From: Flavipsychrobacter sp.
GTDB lineage: Bacteria; Bacteroidota; Bacteroidia; Chitinophagales; Chitinophagaceae
Assembly: GCA_024508935.1 (NCBI GenBank)
Contig: JANINW010000006.1
Coordinates: 91,873-155,872 of the forward strand
Length of the DNA: 64,000 nucleotides
Reading direction: 5' to 3'
Shown: positions 48,374-58,106 of the stretch, one piece after another
Numbering within the stretch: position 1 is the stretch's first letter
Layout of the letters: each line of letters begins with the position of its first letter
The notes under the pieces: generated by a model
Told to the model about the DNA's origin: nothing
Database searches by the model: none
What the model saw: only the letters and a program-made list of their open reading frames with translations
Made by a program: the position numbers and the translations under genes

Positions 48374-49501
48374 ATGCTTCACAGCACTACACATAGGACA
48401 CCTTCAAAAAAGCAATATCTCCTGTTCTTTTTATTGTTGCTGGCTATGGCAGTTTACTGCTATAAACGTCCTGCCTATAACTGGGATATGCTGGCGTATA
48501 TGACACTGACCGCCAATATCGACCATCCGAACTTTGAGGAAGTGCATACTATGGTATATGATGCCGCCAGGCAGCATGCAGACAGTGAGAGCTACAGGCT
48601 GCTGGTGCTTCCGTCAAATGCACAGCGCCACCAAATGCATACAGACTATAAAGCATTGCAGCAGGCTATGCCCTTTTATATAGTGAAGCCATTATATATT
48701 GGCTGCTGCTACCTTTTTTACAAACTGGGTGTCAATTTGGTTACAGCGGTATTCCTGCCATCAATATTGGCATTTTTAGGGATCGGGCTGCTATTGTTTC
48801 ACTGGCTTTCCAAATACGCAGATGCCCCAAAGGCAATAATACTTGCCTTGCTCTTTATGTACACATCTCCTTTTATTTCGTCGGCCAAACTGGCTACACC
48901 GGATTGCCTGTCGGCATTGCTGCTGTTTTGCGGCATGTATCTATTGCAAGGGGGTAATCATTGGAAAGCTTTTATATTATTTGCATTATCCGTTACCGCA
49001 AGGATGGACAATATTATAGCTGCCGCCATATTGCTGCTGGTGCCGGCAATAGTTAAAGAGCTAAAACTAAAGGCATATACTATGATGCTGGTTGTGCTGG
49101 CTGTCATTTATGTAGCAGTTAGCTACCTGGCAAGCCGATATGGCTGGAGCCTTAGTTATGTCGGTGATTTTACCGGCCGGTGGTACCATAGCCGGGCTGA
49201 ATACACGGGCTCTGCTAAGGGTTATATCGTTTTGCTTAAATCGGCCATACTGACCGGGCTGCAATTTTCTTATGCGATGATATTCTTCCTGCTGGCATTT
49301 ATAAGCCTGGCAATTGGCAGGCCGAAAAGCGTCATGAATAACGCCGATCATTTATATATAATCGCTACTATACTTATCATTATCGTAAGGCTATTGCTCT
49401 TCCCATCTGTAGAAGACCGTTTTAACCTGGCCTATTATCTTATCATATATATACTATTTATAAAACAGCTGAGCGGTAACTTATTGCCAAAGCCGCTTTA
49501 A
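48374..49501 (+). CDS. Multi-pass membrane protein (possible GT-C-fold glycosyltransferase)
   Basis: About 10 TM segments; first loop has YNWDMLAY; also TPD.LS and RMDN motifs. Confidence 0.65.
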   Translation: MLHSTTHRTPSKKQYLLFFLLLLAMAVYCYKRPAYNWDMLAYMTLTANIDHPNFEEVHTMVYDAARQHADSESYRLLVLPSNAQRHQMHTDYKALQQAMPFYIVKPLYIGCCYLFYKLGVNLVTAVFLPSILAFLGIGLLLFHWLSKYADAPKAIILALLFMYTSPFISSAKLATPDCLSALLLFCGMYLLQGGNHWKAFILFALSVTARMDNIIAAAILLLVPAIVKELKLKAYTMMLVVLAVIYVAVSYLASRYGWSLSYVGDFTGRWYHSRAEYTGSAKGYIVLLKSAILTGLQFSYAMIFFLLAFISLAIGRPKSVMNNADHLYIIATILIIIVRLLLFPSVEDRFNLAYYLIIYILFIKQLSGNLLPKPL

Positions 49502-49577
49502 GAGAATAATCACCATCTTACCCACACCGGTGCCAATGACGGTGATAATATGGCGCGGTACATTTATTTTTGCGCCT

Positions 49578-50432
49578 ATGATATATCATATAGTTGTTGG
49601 GGATATGGCTGCCCAGCCTCTGCAGGAAGCGGTAATGAACGAACCTTCTATGTTTGGAGAAGTTGTAGTACTGAAAGACATACTGCATGTAGGCCCTTTG
49701 CAAAAAGGACATGAGCAATCATTTGACGAATTGCGCAGTGCATTTTGGCAGGAGGTAGTGATACATGAAAAACAACCGGTTGAAGTGAAGGACATGGAGC
49801 GGCTTTTGGATATATCTAAAAAGCTGTATGACGATGCAACAACACAGGTATGGTTCTGGATGGCGCCCGCAGCAGCAGATGTATGCGCCTACCACTGGAT
49901 GCTGCCCTACCTCTCCAAGCATATGGGCCGTTTCTTTTTAGTGAACATTGCCAACCTGCCCTTCCTGGATGAGAACGGGAAAGTATTCTACCCGAAAAGC
50001 ATCAGCGAGATATTGCCTAAAGAGCTGGTAAAAGCCCGCAGGCTGGCCCGCCTGGTGACCCCTGCCGAAGTGGAGGTAGATGGTGACGAATGGCGCAGGC
50101 TGGTAAACGAAGATGCTGCCATACGCACACATGGGGGCGGTAAAAAACTGGCTTCGCAGCAAGAAAATTATTACGACAATCAATTGGTAAGCTTCGCTTC
50201 CCACCAATTCCAGAAAGCACATAAAATTGTTAACCAGGCCATCAGCAAATTCGGAATACCTACCGGCGACCTGTACCTTGGCTGGCGCCTGCGCAAACTG
50301 GCAGAAGCCGGTGCACTGCAATTGCAGGGCGATGTGACCAAGACCCTGAAGGATTTTGAAGTAAAACTACCGGGAGAAACTGTTACCAGCGACGCAACTA
50401 CTACAGATTCTGCTGAAACGCAGCAACAATAA
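49578..50432 (+). CDS. DUF1835 protein with C-terminal DUF3658-like winged-helix
   Basis: HIV.GD.AA..L, D.L.VGPL, R..FW, GD..L.WRLRKL.E.G; TATTTTTG promoter at 49565-49572; ATG 49578. Confidence 0.8.
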   Translation: MIYHIVVGDMAAQPLQEAVMNEPSMFGEVVVLKDILHVGPLQKGHEQSFDELRSAFWQEVVIHEKQPVEVKDMERLLDISKKLYDDATTQVWFWMAPAAADVCAYHWMLPYLSKHMGRFFLVNIANLPFLDENGKVFYPKSISEILPKELVKARRLARLVTPAEVEVDGDEWRRLVNEDAAIRTHGGGKKLASQQENYYDNQLVSFASHQFQKAHKIVNQAISKFGIPTGDLYLGWRLRKLAEAGALQLQGDVTKTLKDFEVKLPGETVTSDATTTDSAETQQQ

Positions 50433-50450
50433 ATATTACATTAAAACCAT

Positions 50451-50485
50451 AAGCCTCCCCTTGGGGGGGAAGGTTGGAGGGGCTT
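50451..50485. repeat. G/C-rich REP-like palindromic element
   Basis: AAGCCTCCCCTTGGGGGGGAAGGTTGGAGGGGCTT: outer AAGCC..GGCTT arms with an inner CCCC/GGGG hairpin. Confidence 0.45.
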
Positions 50486-50505
50486 CTTTACGTACCTTTG
50501 CGCCC

Positions 50506-51117
50506 ATGATTTTTGAATTGCCCCTGGCAGAAGAAAAAGTGAAGCCCCACCAGGTGACTGCTTTACACCTGATGACCGCACTGGCTTTTACAGGCAGCGG
50601 GGCCTTATTTTATTTATTTTACCCACCTGCCAAAAGCTGGAGCATAGCCTTGTTCATAGCCGGGCTGGCTATACTGCTTGCTGCTATCTTCCGTAATAAA
50701 TGGATCGTACGACCCGGGGTGAACAGGATATTGAGGTTCCTGGAGCTGGCTGTATTACTGGCACTATGCGGCTTTACCTACCTGAAACACTGGACGCCCC
50801 CTGCGGTGATGTTTGGCGTACTGAGCGCAGCGGTACTGTTTGCTATTTTCTGGGAGCAGAGTGCCAACGCAGCCCAGTTTGTAACTATAGATACCACAGG
50901 CATAAAACTACCCCTGGCTTCGCGCAGGCGTTTTATAGACTGGACGGATATAGACCAGGTGCTATTCAAATACGGCACTTTAACAGTCAATTGCAGCGAT
51001 AACCGCCTGTATCAATGGACCATAGGAAGTACTAATTTTGATAAAGAAGCATTTGAAGGGTTTTGTAACAGCCAGGTAGAGGCGGGCAAAGCGAAGCGGG
51101 ACAAGAATAATTGGTAA
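50506..51117 (+). CDS. Hypothetical membrane protein (4-5 TM plus PH-like C-terminal domain)
   Basis: ATG 50506 just after TACCTTTG (50493-50500); hydrophobic N-half, GI.LP...I.W..I C-half. Confidence 0.7.
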   Translation: MIFELPLAEEKVKPHQVTALHLMTALAFTGSGALFYLFYPPAKSWSIALFIAGLAILLAAIFRNKWIVRPGVNRILRFLELAVLLALCGFTYLKHWTPPAVMFGVLSAAVLFAIFWEQSANAAQFVTIDTTGIKLPLASRRRFIDWTDIDQVLFKYGTLTVNCSDNRLYQWTIGSTNFDKEAFEGFCNSQVEAGKAKRDKNNW

Positions 51118-51193
51118 CCTTAAACCCCTAAAGGGCTTTTGCCCCACGCGAAACATAAATTGCGAATAGAAATAAACGGTAATAGATTTTAGT

Positions 51194-52477
51194 ATGCGAC
51201 CATATTTGTTATACTCTGACGGGAAAGGAAATATTTTTGAGGACACAAGCCTGTATACAGTTGGCCGCAGTGGCTGGGATGCGCTTCCTGTAGAAGAAGC
51301 AGACTGGATAGAATTGCCGGAAGGCGGCTCTTTATATGAACTGCCTGACAGGCGTGGCATAGGCATTGATGTGAAGACGGGTGAAATGCGTATTTGCGAA
51401 AAAGGCTGGGCTGTAGCGGCGTTCATTCCGCCGGCACATACGGGCCTGTACATGGCCGCATTCGAAGCATTGCCCGACGCACAGACGCTGCCCTTGTTTT
51501 GCTATACCGCTGCCGGCTGGTACGATAATAAATTTTATGTAACCGCCGTAAGAATAGAAAGGGATATACGCCAGGAATGCAGTGGCTATAATGACACCAA
51601 AATACAGGCAGGCGTGGAGCATATGCTGGAAGCTTACCCGCACAACAGGCTGGTACAGCACCTGGCCAATAACTGCGCACTTACCTACCACTGTCCTGCT
51701 GCCCGCAATTATTTTATGGGCCGTTGGGAATGCCCTATACCATCATCACCGGCATGCAACGCCAATTGTATCGGCTGTATTTCTTTCCAGCCCGAAACAG
51801 AAGAAATATTCTCATCACAGGACAGGCTTACGTTTAAGCCTACTGCTGCAGAAATAGTAGAATATACAGTACCACACCTGGAGACTGCACCCTACCCGAT
51901 AGTAAGCTTCGGGCAAGGCTGCGAAGGCGAACCATTGCTGATGTGGGAAACCATACGCGAAGCCATTATAGAAATACGAAAGCATACGCAAAAGGGCAGC
52001 ATCAATATCAATACCAATGGCAGCAAGCCCGATGCGGTAGCTAAGCTGGTAGAAGCCGGCCTGGACAGCATACGTGTAAGCCTCAATTCTGTACGGCCAG
52101 AAGTATATACCAAATACTACCTGCCAAACAATTACAAGTTTGAGGATATTATTGAAAGCCTGCGCATTGTACGCCAAAGCGGCGGCTGGGCTTCTATCAA
52201 CTATTTCGTCTTCCCCGGCATGACAGACAGCGTAGCAGAATACGAGGCCCTGCGAGAGGTAATCAAATACACCGACCTGAGCATGATACAATGGCGCAAC
52301 TTTAATATTGATCCTGACTGGTATTTGGGTAAGATCAATGTGGCAGATACGGGCGAATTCCTGGGTGTACGGCAGTTGATGGACCTGATACACGAAGAGT
52401 TCCCTAATGTGAAATTCGGTTATTACAATCCGCCGGCAGAGCGCATGAAAAACTTCGAAACGGACTTTGCACATTAA
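51194..52477 (+). CDS. Radical SAM protein of unknown function
   Basis: CNANCIGC (CxxxCxxC), SFGQGCEGEP, ININTNG, DSIRVSLNS. Confidence 0.92.
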   Translation: MRPYLLYSDGKGNIFEDTSLYTVGRSGWDALPVEEADWIELPEGGSLYELPDRRGIGIDVKTGEMRICEKGWAVAAFIPPAHTGLYMAAFEALPDAQTLPLFCYTAAGWYDNKFYVTAVRIERDIRQECSGYNDTKIQAGVEHMLEAYPHNRLVQHLANNCALTYHCPAARNYFMGRWECPIPSSPACNANCIGCISFQPETEEIFSSQDRLTFKPTAAEIVEYTVPHLETAPYPIVSFGQGCEGEPLLMWETIREAIIEIRKHTQKGSININTNGSKPDAVAKLVEAGLDSIRVSLNSVRPEVYTKYYLPNNYKFEDIIESLRIVRQSGGWASINYFVFPGMTDSVAEYEALREVIKYTDLSMIQWRNFNIDPDWYLGKINVADTGEFLGVRQLMDLIHEEFPNVKFGYYNPPAERMKNFETDFAH

Positions 52478-52515
52478 CGTATTTGTAGCAATAGTTTAAT
52501 TATTTTAGCGAGAGG

Positions 52516-53370
52516 ATGAACCAGCAGAACGAACAGACATTCAATGTAAAAGCAGCCGCGTGGACCGTAGGTGTACACGTAGTATTATTATTGCTGTTCA
52601 TTCTTTTCAAATATTCTGTTCCCGCAACGGCTGCACCTGTAGTAGATATGGGTATGGAAGTGAACCTGGGCACCAGTGATGATGGCAGCGGTACCGACCA
52701 GCCAATGGACGTGGAAGACCCTGCGGCAGCCGCAGCAAATTCAGCAGCCCGAACCACCACGCGCCAGGCACAGGAAAATAAAGAGCTGCTGAATACGGAC
52801 GACCCCGATGCGCCTGCCGTTAAAAATACACCCAGTACTAATAAACAGGCAAGTCATACCAACGAGCAAGCAACTACCCGCAGCCGGAATAATACCAGCC
52901 AACCGCAAGCACCTGCGGCACGTACGCAGCAACAACAACGCCCGCGCTATGTGTACAATGGCGGCACCGGCCGTGGCGGTAACAGTGCTGACGCCAATGC
53001 ACCGGGCAGCAGCGAAGGTAATACTACCGGCAACGGCGACCGTGGTGTACCCGGCGGCACACCGGGTGCCAGCAACTATACAGGCACACCAGGCAACGGA
53101 AACGGAGGTATCAGTCACAACCTGGCGCACCGCAATATCATAGCTTTCCCTGCACCTGATGCAGATTTTAAAGAAGGTGGCCGCGTGGTAATACGTATTA
53201 CCGTAAACAAAGCCGGCAATATCATAAATAAACAAATTGTATCTGCGAGCAATGCTGAACTAAGGGCTATAGCTTTGAGAAAAGTGGATAAAGTGCGCTT
53301 CAATAAAAGCGATGACGCACCCGAAGAACAGTTTGGCAATATTACCTTTGTATTCAAAACGCGCTCCTAG
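52516..53370 (+). CDS. TonB-like protein (N-terminal TM, low-complexity linker, TonB C-terminal-like domain)
   Basis: TVGVHVVLLLLF, GMEVNLG, Gly/Asn/Thr-rich linker, G.VV.RI.V...G, Q.G.ITF.F. Confidence 0.75.
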   Translation: MNQQNEQTFNVKAAAWTVGVHVVLLLLFILFKYSVPATAAPVVDMGMEVNLGTSDDGSGTDQPMDVEDPAAAAANSAARTTTRQAQENKELLNTDDPDAPAVKNTPSTNKQASHTNEQATTRSRNNTSQPQAPAARTQQQQRPRYVYNGGTGRGGNSADANAPGSSEGNTTGNGDRGVPGGTPGASNYTGTPGNGNGGISHNLAHRNIIAFPAPDADFKEGGRVVIRITVNKAGNIINKQIVSASNAELRAIALRKVDKVRFNKSDDAPEEQFGNITFVFKTRS

Positions 53371-53379
53371 CCCCATCTT

Positions 53380-54726
53380 ATGGACGTCCAGACTGACTAT
53401 CAAAAGACACTTGATTATTTGTATGATAAACTGCCTATGTTCTCGAGGCTGGGCAGTGCAGCAATAAAAAAAGACCTTACCAATACTATAAAACTGTGCG
53501 AGGCGATAGGCAACCCGCAAGACAAGTTTAAATCCATACACATAGCCGGCACTAATGGCAAGGGCAGCTCCAGCCACATGCTATCTGCTATCATGCAGCA
53601 GTCAGGCTATAAAACAGGTTTATATACATCTCCGCACCTGGTTGATTTTCGCGAACGTATCCGTATAGATGGCGAACCGGTTACTAAAGAATGGGTGATA
53701 GACTTTGTTACCAAACACAAAGATACCATTGAGATCATTGAGCCTTCATTCTTTGAAGTAACAGTAGCTATGGCATTTGCAGCATTTGCAGAAGCAGGAG
53801 TTGATATAGCAATAATAGAGACCGGCCTAGGGGGCAGGCTGGACAGTACTAATGTGATCACTCCGGTATTGTCTATCATTACCAATATCAGTTACGACCA
53901 CGTAGACCTGCTGGGGCATACCCTGCCGGAGATAGCCACAGAAAAAGCAGGTATCATCAAACAGAATATACCGGTGGTGATAGGAGAACAAAACCAGGAA
54001 ACAAGCCGTGTGTTCTTTGAGCACGCCGTACATAAACAAACTACACTATACTATGCTGATGCTATGTGGGACCTTGTAAGGACTTCACAATCGGCCACCC
54101 ACCAGCATTATAAAGCTATACACCGCGCAAAGCGCGAAATGTTCGACCTGTCAAGCGATATGCAGGGTGCTTACCAGTATCACAATATCAAAACAGTGCT
54201 GGCAGCTACAGAATTATTAATAGCCCTCGGTTATAATATCCAGCTGGAAACTGCCTTCCAGGCGTTGTCTAAAGTAAAGAAACTGACAGGGCTTAAAGGT
54301 CGCTGGGATGTGTTGCAGGCGCACCCGCTTATAATAGCAGATGTAGCCCACAACCCTGCGGGGCTAAAAGAAGTAATACAGCAATGGCAGCGTGTAGAAG
54401 CTGCGCGTAAACATATAGTGCTGGGCTTTGTGAAAGACAAAGATGTAAGTACAGCTCTCTCACTTTTCCCTAAAGACCACACTTATTATTTCTGCAACGC
54501 CCAGATGCCAAGAGCGCTGCAGGCCGCCGAACTTCAAAAGATGGCAGCAGACTATGGACTGGAAGGGAATGTATACGAATCGGTAGCAGATGCTGTAAGC
54601 AGTGCGCGTGATGCCATGCAGCAAAATGATGTTTTACTCATCACCGGCAGTTTTTTTATTACGGGAGAGGCTATTACTTACCTGAATGTAAATAACGGGA
54701 TGCTATTTCCCACGGCCCTGGAATAA
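53380..54726 (+). CDS. folC: Folylpolyglutamate synthase/dihydrofolate synthase
   Basis: IHIAGTNGKGS, GLYTSPHL, ETGLGGRLDSTN, EKAGIIK, DVAHN, ITGS. Confidence 0.96.
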   Translation: MDVQTDYQKTLDYLYDKLPMFSRLGSAAIKKDLTNTIKLCEAIGNPQDKFKSIHIAGTNGKGSSSHMLSAIMQQSGYKTGLYTSPHLVDFRERIRIDGEPVTKEWVIDFVTKHKDTIEIIEPSFFEVTVAMAFAAFAEAGVDIAIIETGLGGRLDSTNVITPVLSIITNISYDHVDLLGHTLPEIATEKAGIIKQNIPVVIGEQNQETSRVFFEHAVHKQTTLYYADAMWDLVRTSQSATHQHYKAIHRAKREMFDLSSDMQGAYQYHNIKTVLAATELLIALGYNIQLETAFQALSKVKKLTGLKGRWDVLQAHPLIIADVAHNPAGLKEVIQQWQRVEAARKHIVLGFVKDKDVSTALSLFPKDHTYYFCNAQMPRALQAAELQKMAADYGLEGNVYESVADAVSSARDAMQQNDVLLITGSFFITGEAITYLNVNNGMLFPTALE

Positions 54727-56124
54727 TACCATCATTGTATAGAGCATGATCTTTACATCGAGCACCAGTGAGCAGTTCTCAATGTATAACAAGTCATACT
54801 TCATACGCTCCAGCATTTCGCTTACATTTTCTGCATAGCCATATTGCACCATGCCCCATGAAGTAAGCCCGGGCTTTACCTTGTGCAGGTATTTATAATG
54901 AGGATGTGTAGAGCTGATAATATCTATAAAATGCTGGCGTTCCGGCCTGGGCCCCACCAAAGACATTTCACCTTTAAGAATATTTACAAACTGCGGCAAT
55001 TCGTCAATGCGCCATTTACGCATAAAACGTCCCCAGGGTGTAATACGAGGATCTTCCTTGCTGGATAATGCAGGGCCCATATCTTCCGCGTTCACATACA
55101 TAGACCTGAACTTATAGATATTGAATGGCCTGCCATAGAGCCCTATTCTTATTTGCTTGTAAATAATGGGCCCGGGAGAAGACAGCTTCACACGTATGGC
55201 TGCAAATACATAAACAGGAGATAGTATGATCAGAGCAAAGACAGAAAAAAGGATATCTATGGTACGCTTGCAAACCCTTTGCCAGTCGGGCATCAGGTCT
55301 GGGTAAATATGTATAAGCACAGCATCGTACACATTGCTTGTTTTTACCGAACCCGATATGATGTCGTACAGGTCGGGCAATACCTTTACTACAACCGGCC
55401 TGTAGTTCAGCCTCATTAAAATATCTTCCAGCAAATGGTGCTCATACGAATCGACCGCCAATATCACCTCTTCTATCTGGTGATTATCAATAATAGATTC
55501 CAGTTCGGAAAGATGCCCCAGTTGCGGGAGGTATTTACTCATACCATTGGAAGCCTCGAGATTAGAATATATAAAGCCCTTGAAGATATTGCCTAAAGCC
55601 TTTGGGCTCTGGCTCATTTGCTTGTATATATTGATGGCTTTTTCATTACCGCCTATTATCAGCGTATTGAAGCCCACCTTACCCTTAATAATATTGTGCT
55701 TTACATGATTGAGCAGGAGCATGCGCACAAACAAGGTGCAGGCAGTATGTATGAACAGGTAACGCCCCGTCATGCGTATGAAATAGGAATAGTCTTTGGC
55801 ATCGTTGGCAAAAACTATAAGCGAAATAAACACTGTACCCAATATGCAGGAGATAAGGGTACGGTTTATCTCATTCAGCCTCGATTTACGGTACAGATCG
55901 AAATAGGTGCCTGACAGCAAATAGAGGAACAACCAGCCGCCGGGAATAATGATAAGCCCGAAAAAAAAATCGCGCGGCAATAACAATTTAAGAGAAGACC
56001 AAAAGCTCAGTTGCCCCAGTAAAGCATGCCTGTATGCCCAGAATGCCAGCCATGCAATAGCAGCGGCTACATAATCGAGGCTAACAAGTTGACGGATTGC
56101 TCTTTGTTTAACAGGGGTAAGCAT
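54703..56124 (-). CDS. Polyprenyl-phosphate sugar (phospho)transferase, WcaJ/WbaP-like
   Basis: KR.IDI, SPGP..YKQ.R.G, KFRSM, RIDELPQ..N.LKGEMSLVGPRPE, KPGLTSW, DLLYI. Confidence 0.93.
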   Translation of the reverse strand: MLTPVKQRAIRQLVSLDYVAAAIAWLAFWAYRHALLGQLSFWSSLKLLLPRDFFFGLIIIPGGWLFLYLLSGTYFDLYRKSRLNEINRTLISCILGTVFISLIVFANDAKDYSYFIRMTGRYLFIHTACTLFVRMLLLNHVKHNIIKGKVGFNTLIIGGNEKAINIYKQMSQSPKALGNIFKGFIYSNLEASNGMSKYLPQLGHLSELESIIDNHQIEEVILAVDSYEHHLLEDILMRLNYRPVVVKVLPDLYDIISGSVKTSNVYDAVLIHIYPDLMPDWQRVCKRTIDILFSVFALIILSPVYVFAAIRVKLSSPGPIIYKQIRIGLYGRPFNIYKFRSMYVNAEDMGPALSSKEDPRITPWGRFMRKWRIDELPQFVNILKGEMSLVGPRPERQHFIDIISSTHPHYKYLHKVKPGLTSWGMVQYGYAENVSEMLERMKYDLLYIENCSLVLDVKIMLYTMMVLFQGRGK

Positions 56125-56135
56125 GACCGTAGCTC

Positions 56136-57002
56136 CTAGTAAGACACAACTTTTAAATTATCTAATAATACATATCCATCGGACTGGCCGGATGGCAATG
56201 TAGATTTTATCATCACACGGAATTTGGGCGTATTGTATTTCTCAACAAAATCGCGCAAACCAATGTATACCTTATTCCATTTATCTGTTGCCTTCAGGCC
56301 TATAATATATTCAAACTGTATCACCCCGTTGCTTTGGGTTGTTTGCAAGCCTACCACAAAATCTACATTGCATTTGTAGTTCAATTCCAGGTAAGAAGCA
56401 TTGCCTTTCAAAATAGGAATATCCGTGGTATTGATGTTCTCGCAATTAGGCTTGGCAGAAGTAAGGTATATATAACCAGAGCCGGTACCTTCAAATACTT
56501 TATCGGGGTCTGTTGTTTTTGTAATAGAAGTATCGTTTGTATTGCCCGAATTCACTTTGATAAAAGGACTGCCTGAATCGAAGTTCTCAATCCATGGGAA
56601 AGTGGCTACCTGAGCATACTGTGTTTTAAAATTGTGCGGGATGATATTGCCGGGTGACGGCGTAATGGAAAAAGTATCTACTGTATAAAAATCGTAGCGT
56701 GTCTGGAAACTACTTAAACCGCTAAGCGTTATTCCGGGTATTACCTGTATCTGTCCCGGCTGGTCGGCTATGATAGGAATGGTCGCCGGCAGATCAAACA
56801 CACCAACCGTTTGGTTATTGTAGTAAACCCAGGCACTGGTTATTTTATGAGAAGCAGTACCGGTTTTGGCAGGGTCTGCATTTACAAATTGAAATGAATC
56901 AATCTTTAAATAGGTCGGGATCTTCTCTACCGGGTTAATTACATTGCAACCATAACTGAAAATCAACAACCCCAATATAACAGGTAAAAAAATTCGTATC
57001 AT
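56136..57002 (-). CDS. Conserved hypothetical lipoprotein
   Basis: Lipobox FSYGC; beta-rich; C-terminal LDNLKVVSY. Confidence 0.7.
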   Translation of the reverse strand: MIRIFLPVILGLLIFSYGCNVINPVEKIPTYLKIDSFQFVNADPAKTGTASHKITSAWVYYNNQTVGVFDLPATIPIIADQPGQIQVIPGITLSGLSSFQTRYDFYTVDTFSITPSPGNIIPHNFKTQYAQVATFPWIENFDSGSPFIKVNSGNTNDTSITKTTDPDKVFEGTGSGYIYLTSAKPNCENINTTDIPILKGNASYLELNYKCNVDFVVGLQTTQSNGVIQFEYIIGLKATDKWNKVYIGLRDFVEKYNTPKFRVMIKSTLPSGQSDGYVLLDNLKVVSY

Positions 57003-57045
57003 CTAAAATAAATATGCTTTCCGCTCGTTAAACGCTGTAAACTGG

Positions 57046-58032
57046 TTAAATATTGTGCAATTCGTTGTGCAAGCTCATTTTTCTTAATATCTGGTGTGCC
57101 ACATCCATCGCCTGGAACCCATCATAGACGCTTACCCGTACCTGGTGGTCGTTGACAATAGCCGAAGCAAATTCACTCAGTTCTGCATGTATGGCATTGC
57201 TGGGCTGTACCTCCGGCAACTGTACAGATATAACTTTCTGATCGCCATTACCCATTTCAATAGGGAAATCCAGCATGCCTTTTTGGCCGGTACCATCTTT
57301 AAGCTTTACCACTTCTGTTTTCTTCTCCAGGAAATCTATACCAATATAGGCATCGCGCTGGAACAGGCGCATCTTGCGCATTTTCTTGAGAGAAATACGG
57401 CTGGAAGTAAGATTAGCTACACAACCGTTATCAAACTCTATGCGCGCATTGGCAATATCTGCGGTTTCGCTTATTACTGCTACCCCGCTGGCAGATATCC
57501 TGCGCACCGGCGATTTTACCAGGTGCATCACAATATCTATATCGTGTATCATCAGGTCCAGTATCACCGCGACATCCGTACCGCGCGGGTTGAATTGCGC
57601 CAGGCGGTGTGCCTCTATAAACATTGGTTGTAGTGTCTGCTCACCCAGGGCCAGGTAAGCAGGGTTGTAACGCTCTACGTGGCCTATCTGGCATTTTACA
57701 TTAGCTTCTTTTACCAGCTTCACCAGTTCACGCGCTTCCTCCAGGCTGTGCGCCAGCGGTTTTTCTATAAACAGGTGCTTGCTGCTCAGCAGGCAGCGTT
57801 TCGCTATCTCGTAGTGAGTGGTAGTGGTAGAAACTATATCCAATGCATCGGCAGCCTCTATCAGGCTATCCATATCATCATATCTCGGCACCTGGTATTC
57901 GGCTATAGCACCGGCAGCATTGTCGTCATTAGGATCATAAAACCCTATAAGTTCAACACCATCAATCTGTTTCCATTGCTGTATATGTATCTTGCCGAGA
58001 TGGCCGGCCCCAAAAACTCCTATTTTAAGCAT
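57046..58032 (-). CDS. Gfo/Idh/MocA-family oxidoreductase
   Basis: GAGHLG, FIEKP, GHVERYNP, DLMIHDID. Confidence 0.93.
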   Translation of the reverse strand: MLKIGVFGAGHLGKIHIQQWKQIDGVELIGFYDPNDDNAAGAIAEYQVPRYDDMDSLIEAADALDIVSTTTTHYEIAKRCLLSSKHLFIEKPLAHSLEEARELVKLVKEANVKCQIGHVERYNPAYLALGEQTLQPMFIEAHRLAQFNPRGTDVAVILDLMIHDIDIVMHLVKSPVRRISASGVAVISETADIANARIEFDNGCVANLTSSRISLKKMRKMRLFQRDAYIGIDFLEKKTEVVKLKDGTGQKGMLDFPIEMGNGDQKVISVQLPEVQPSNAIHAELSEFASAIVNDHQVRVSVYDGFQAMDVAHQILRKMSLHNELHNI

Positions 58033-58106
58033 GTATTACCCAGGTTGGCAAATAGTAAATAACATTATATATAATGCTGGCGATGCAAGATAGCAATAAA
58101 TGACCA

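Noticed and set aside
54703-54726. Convergent overlaps (folC/sugar transferase 24 nt; GNAT/folP 4 nt)
   Set aside because: Short 3'-3' overlaps are common in compact genomes, and both genes look intact.
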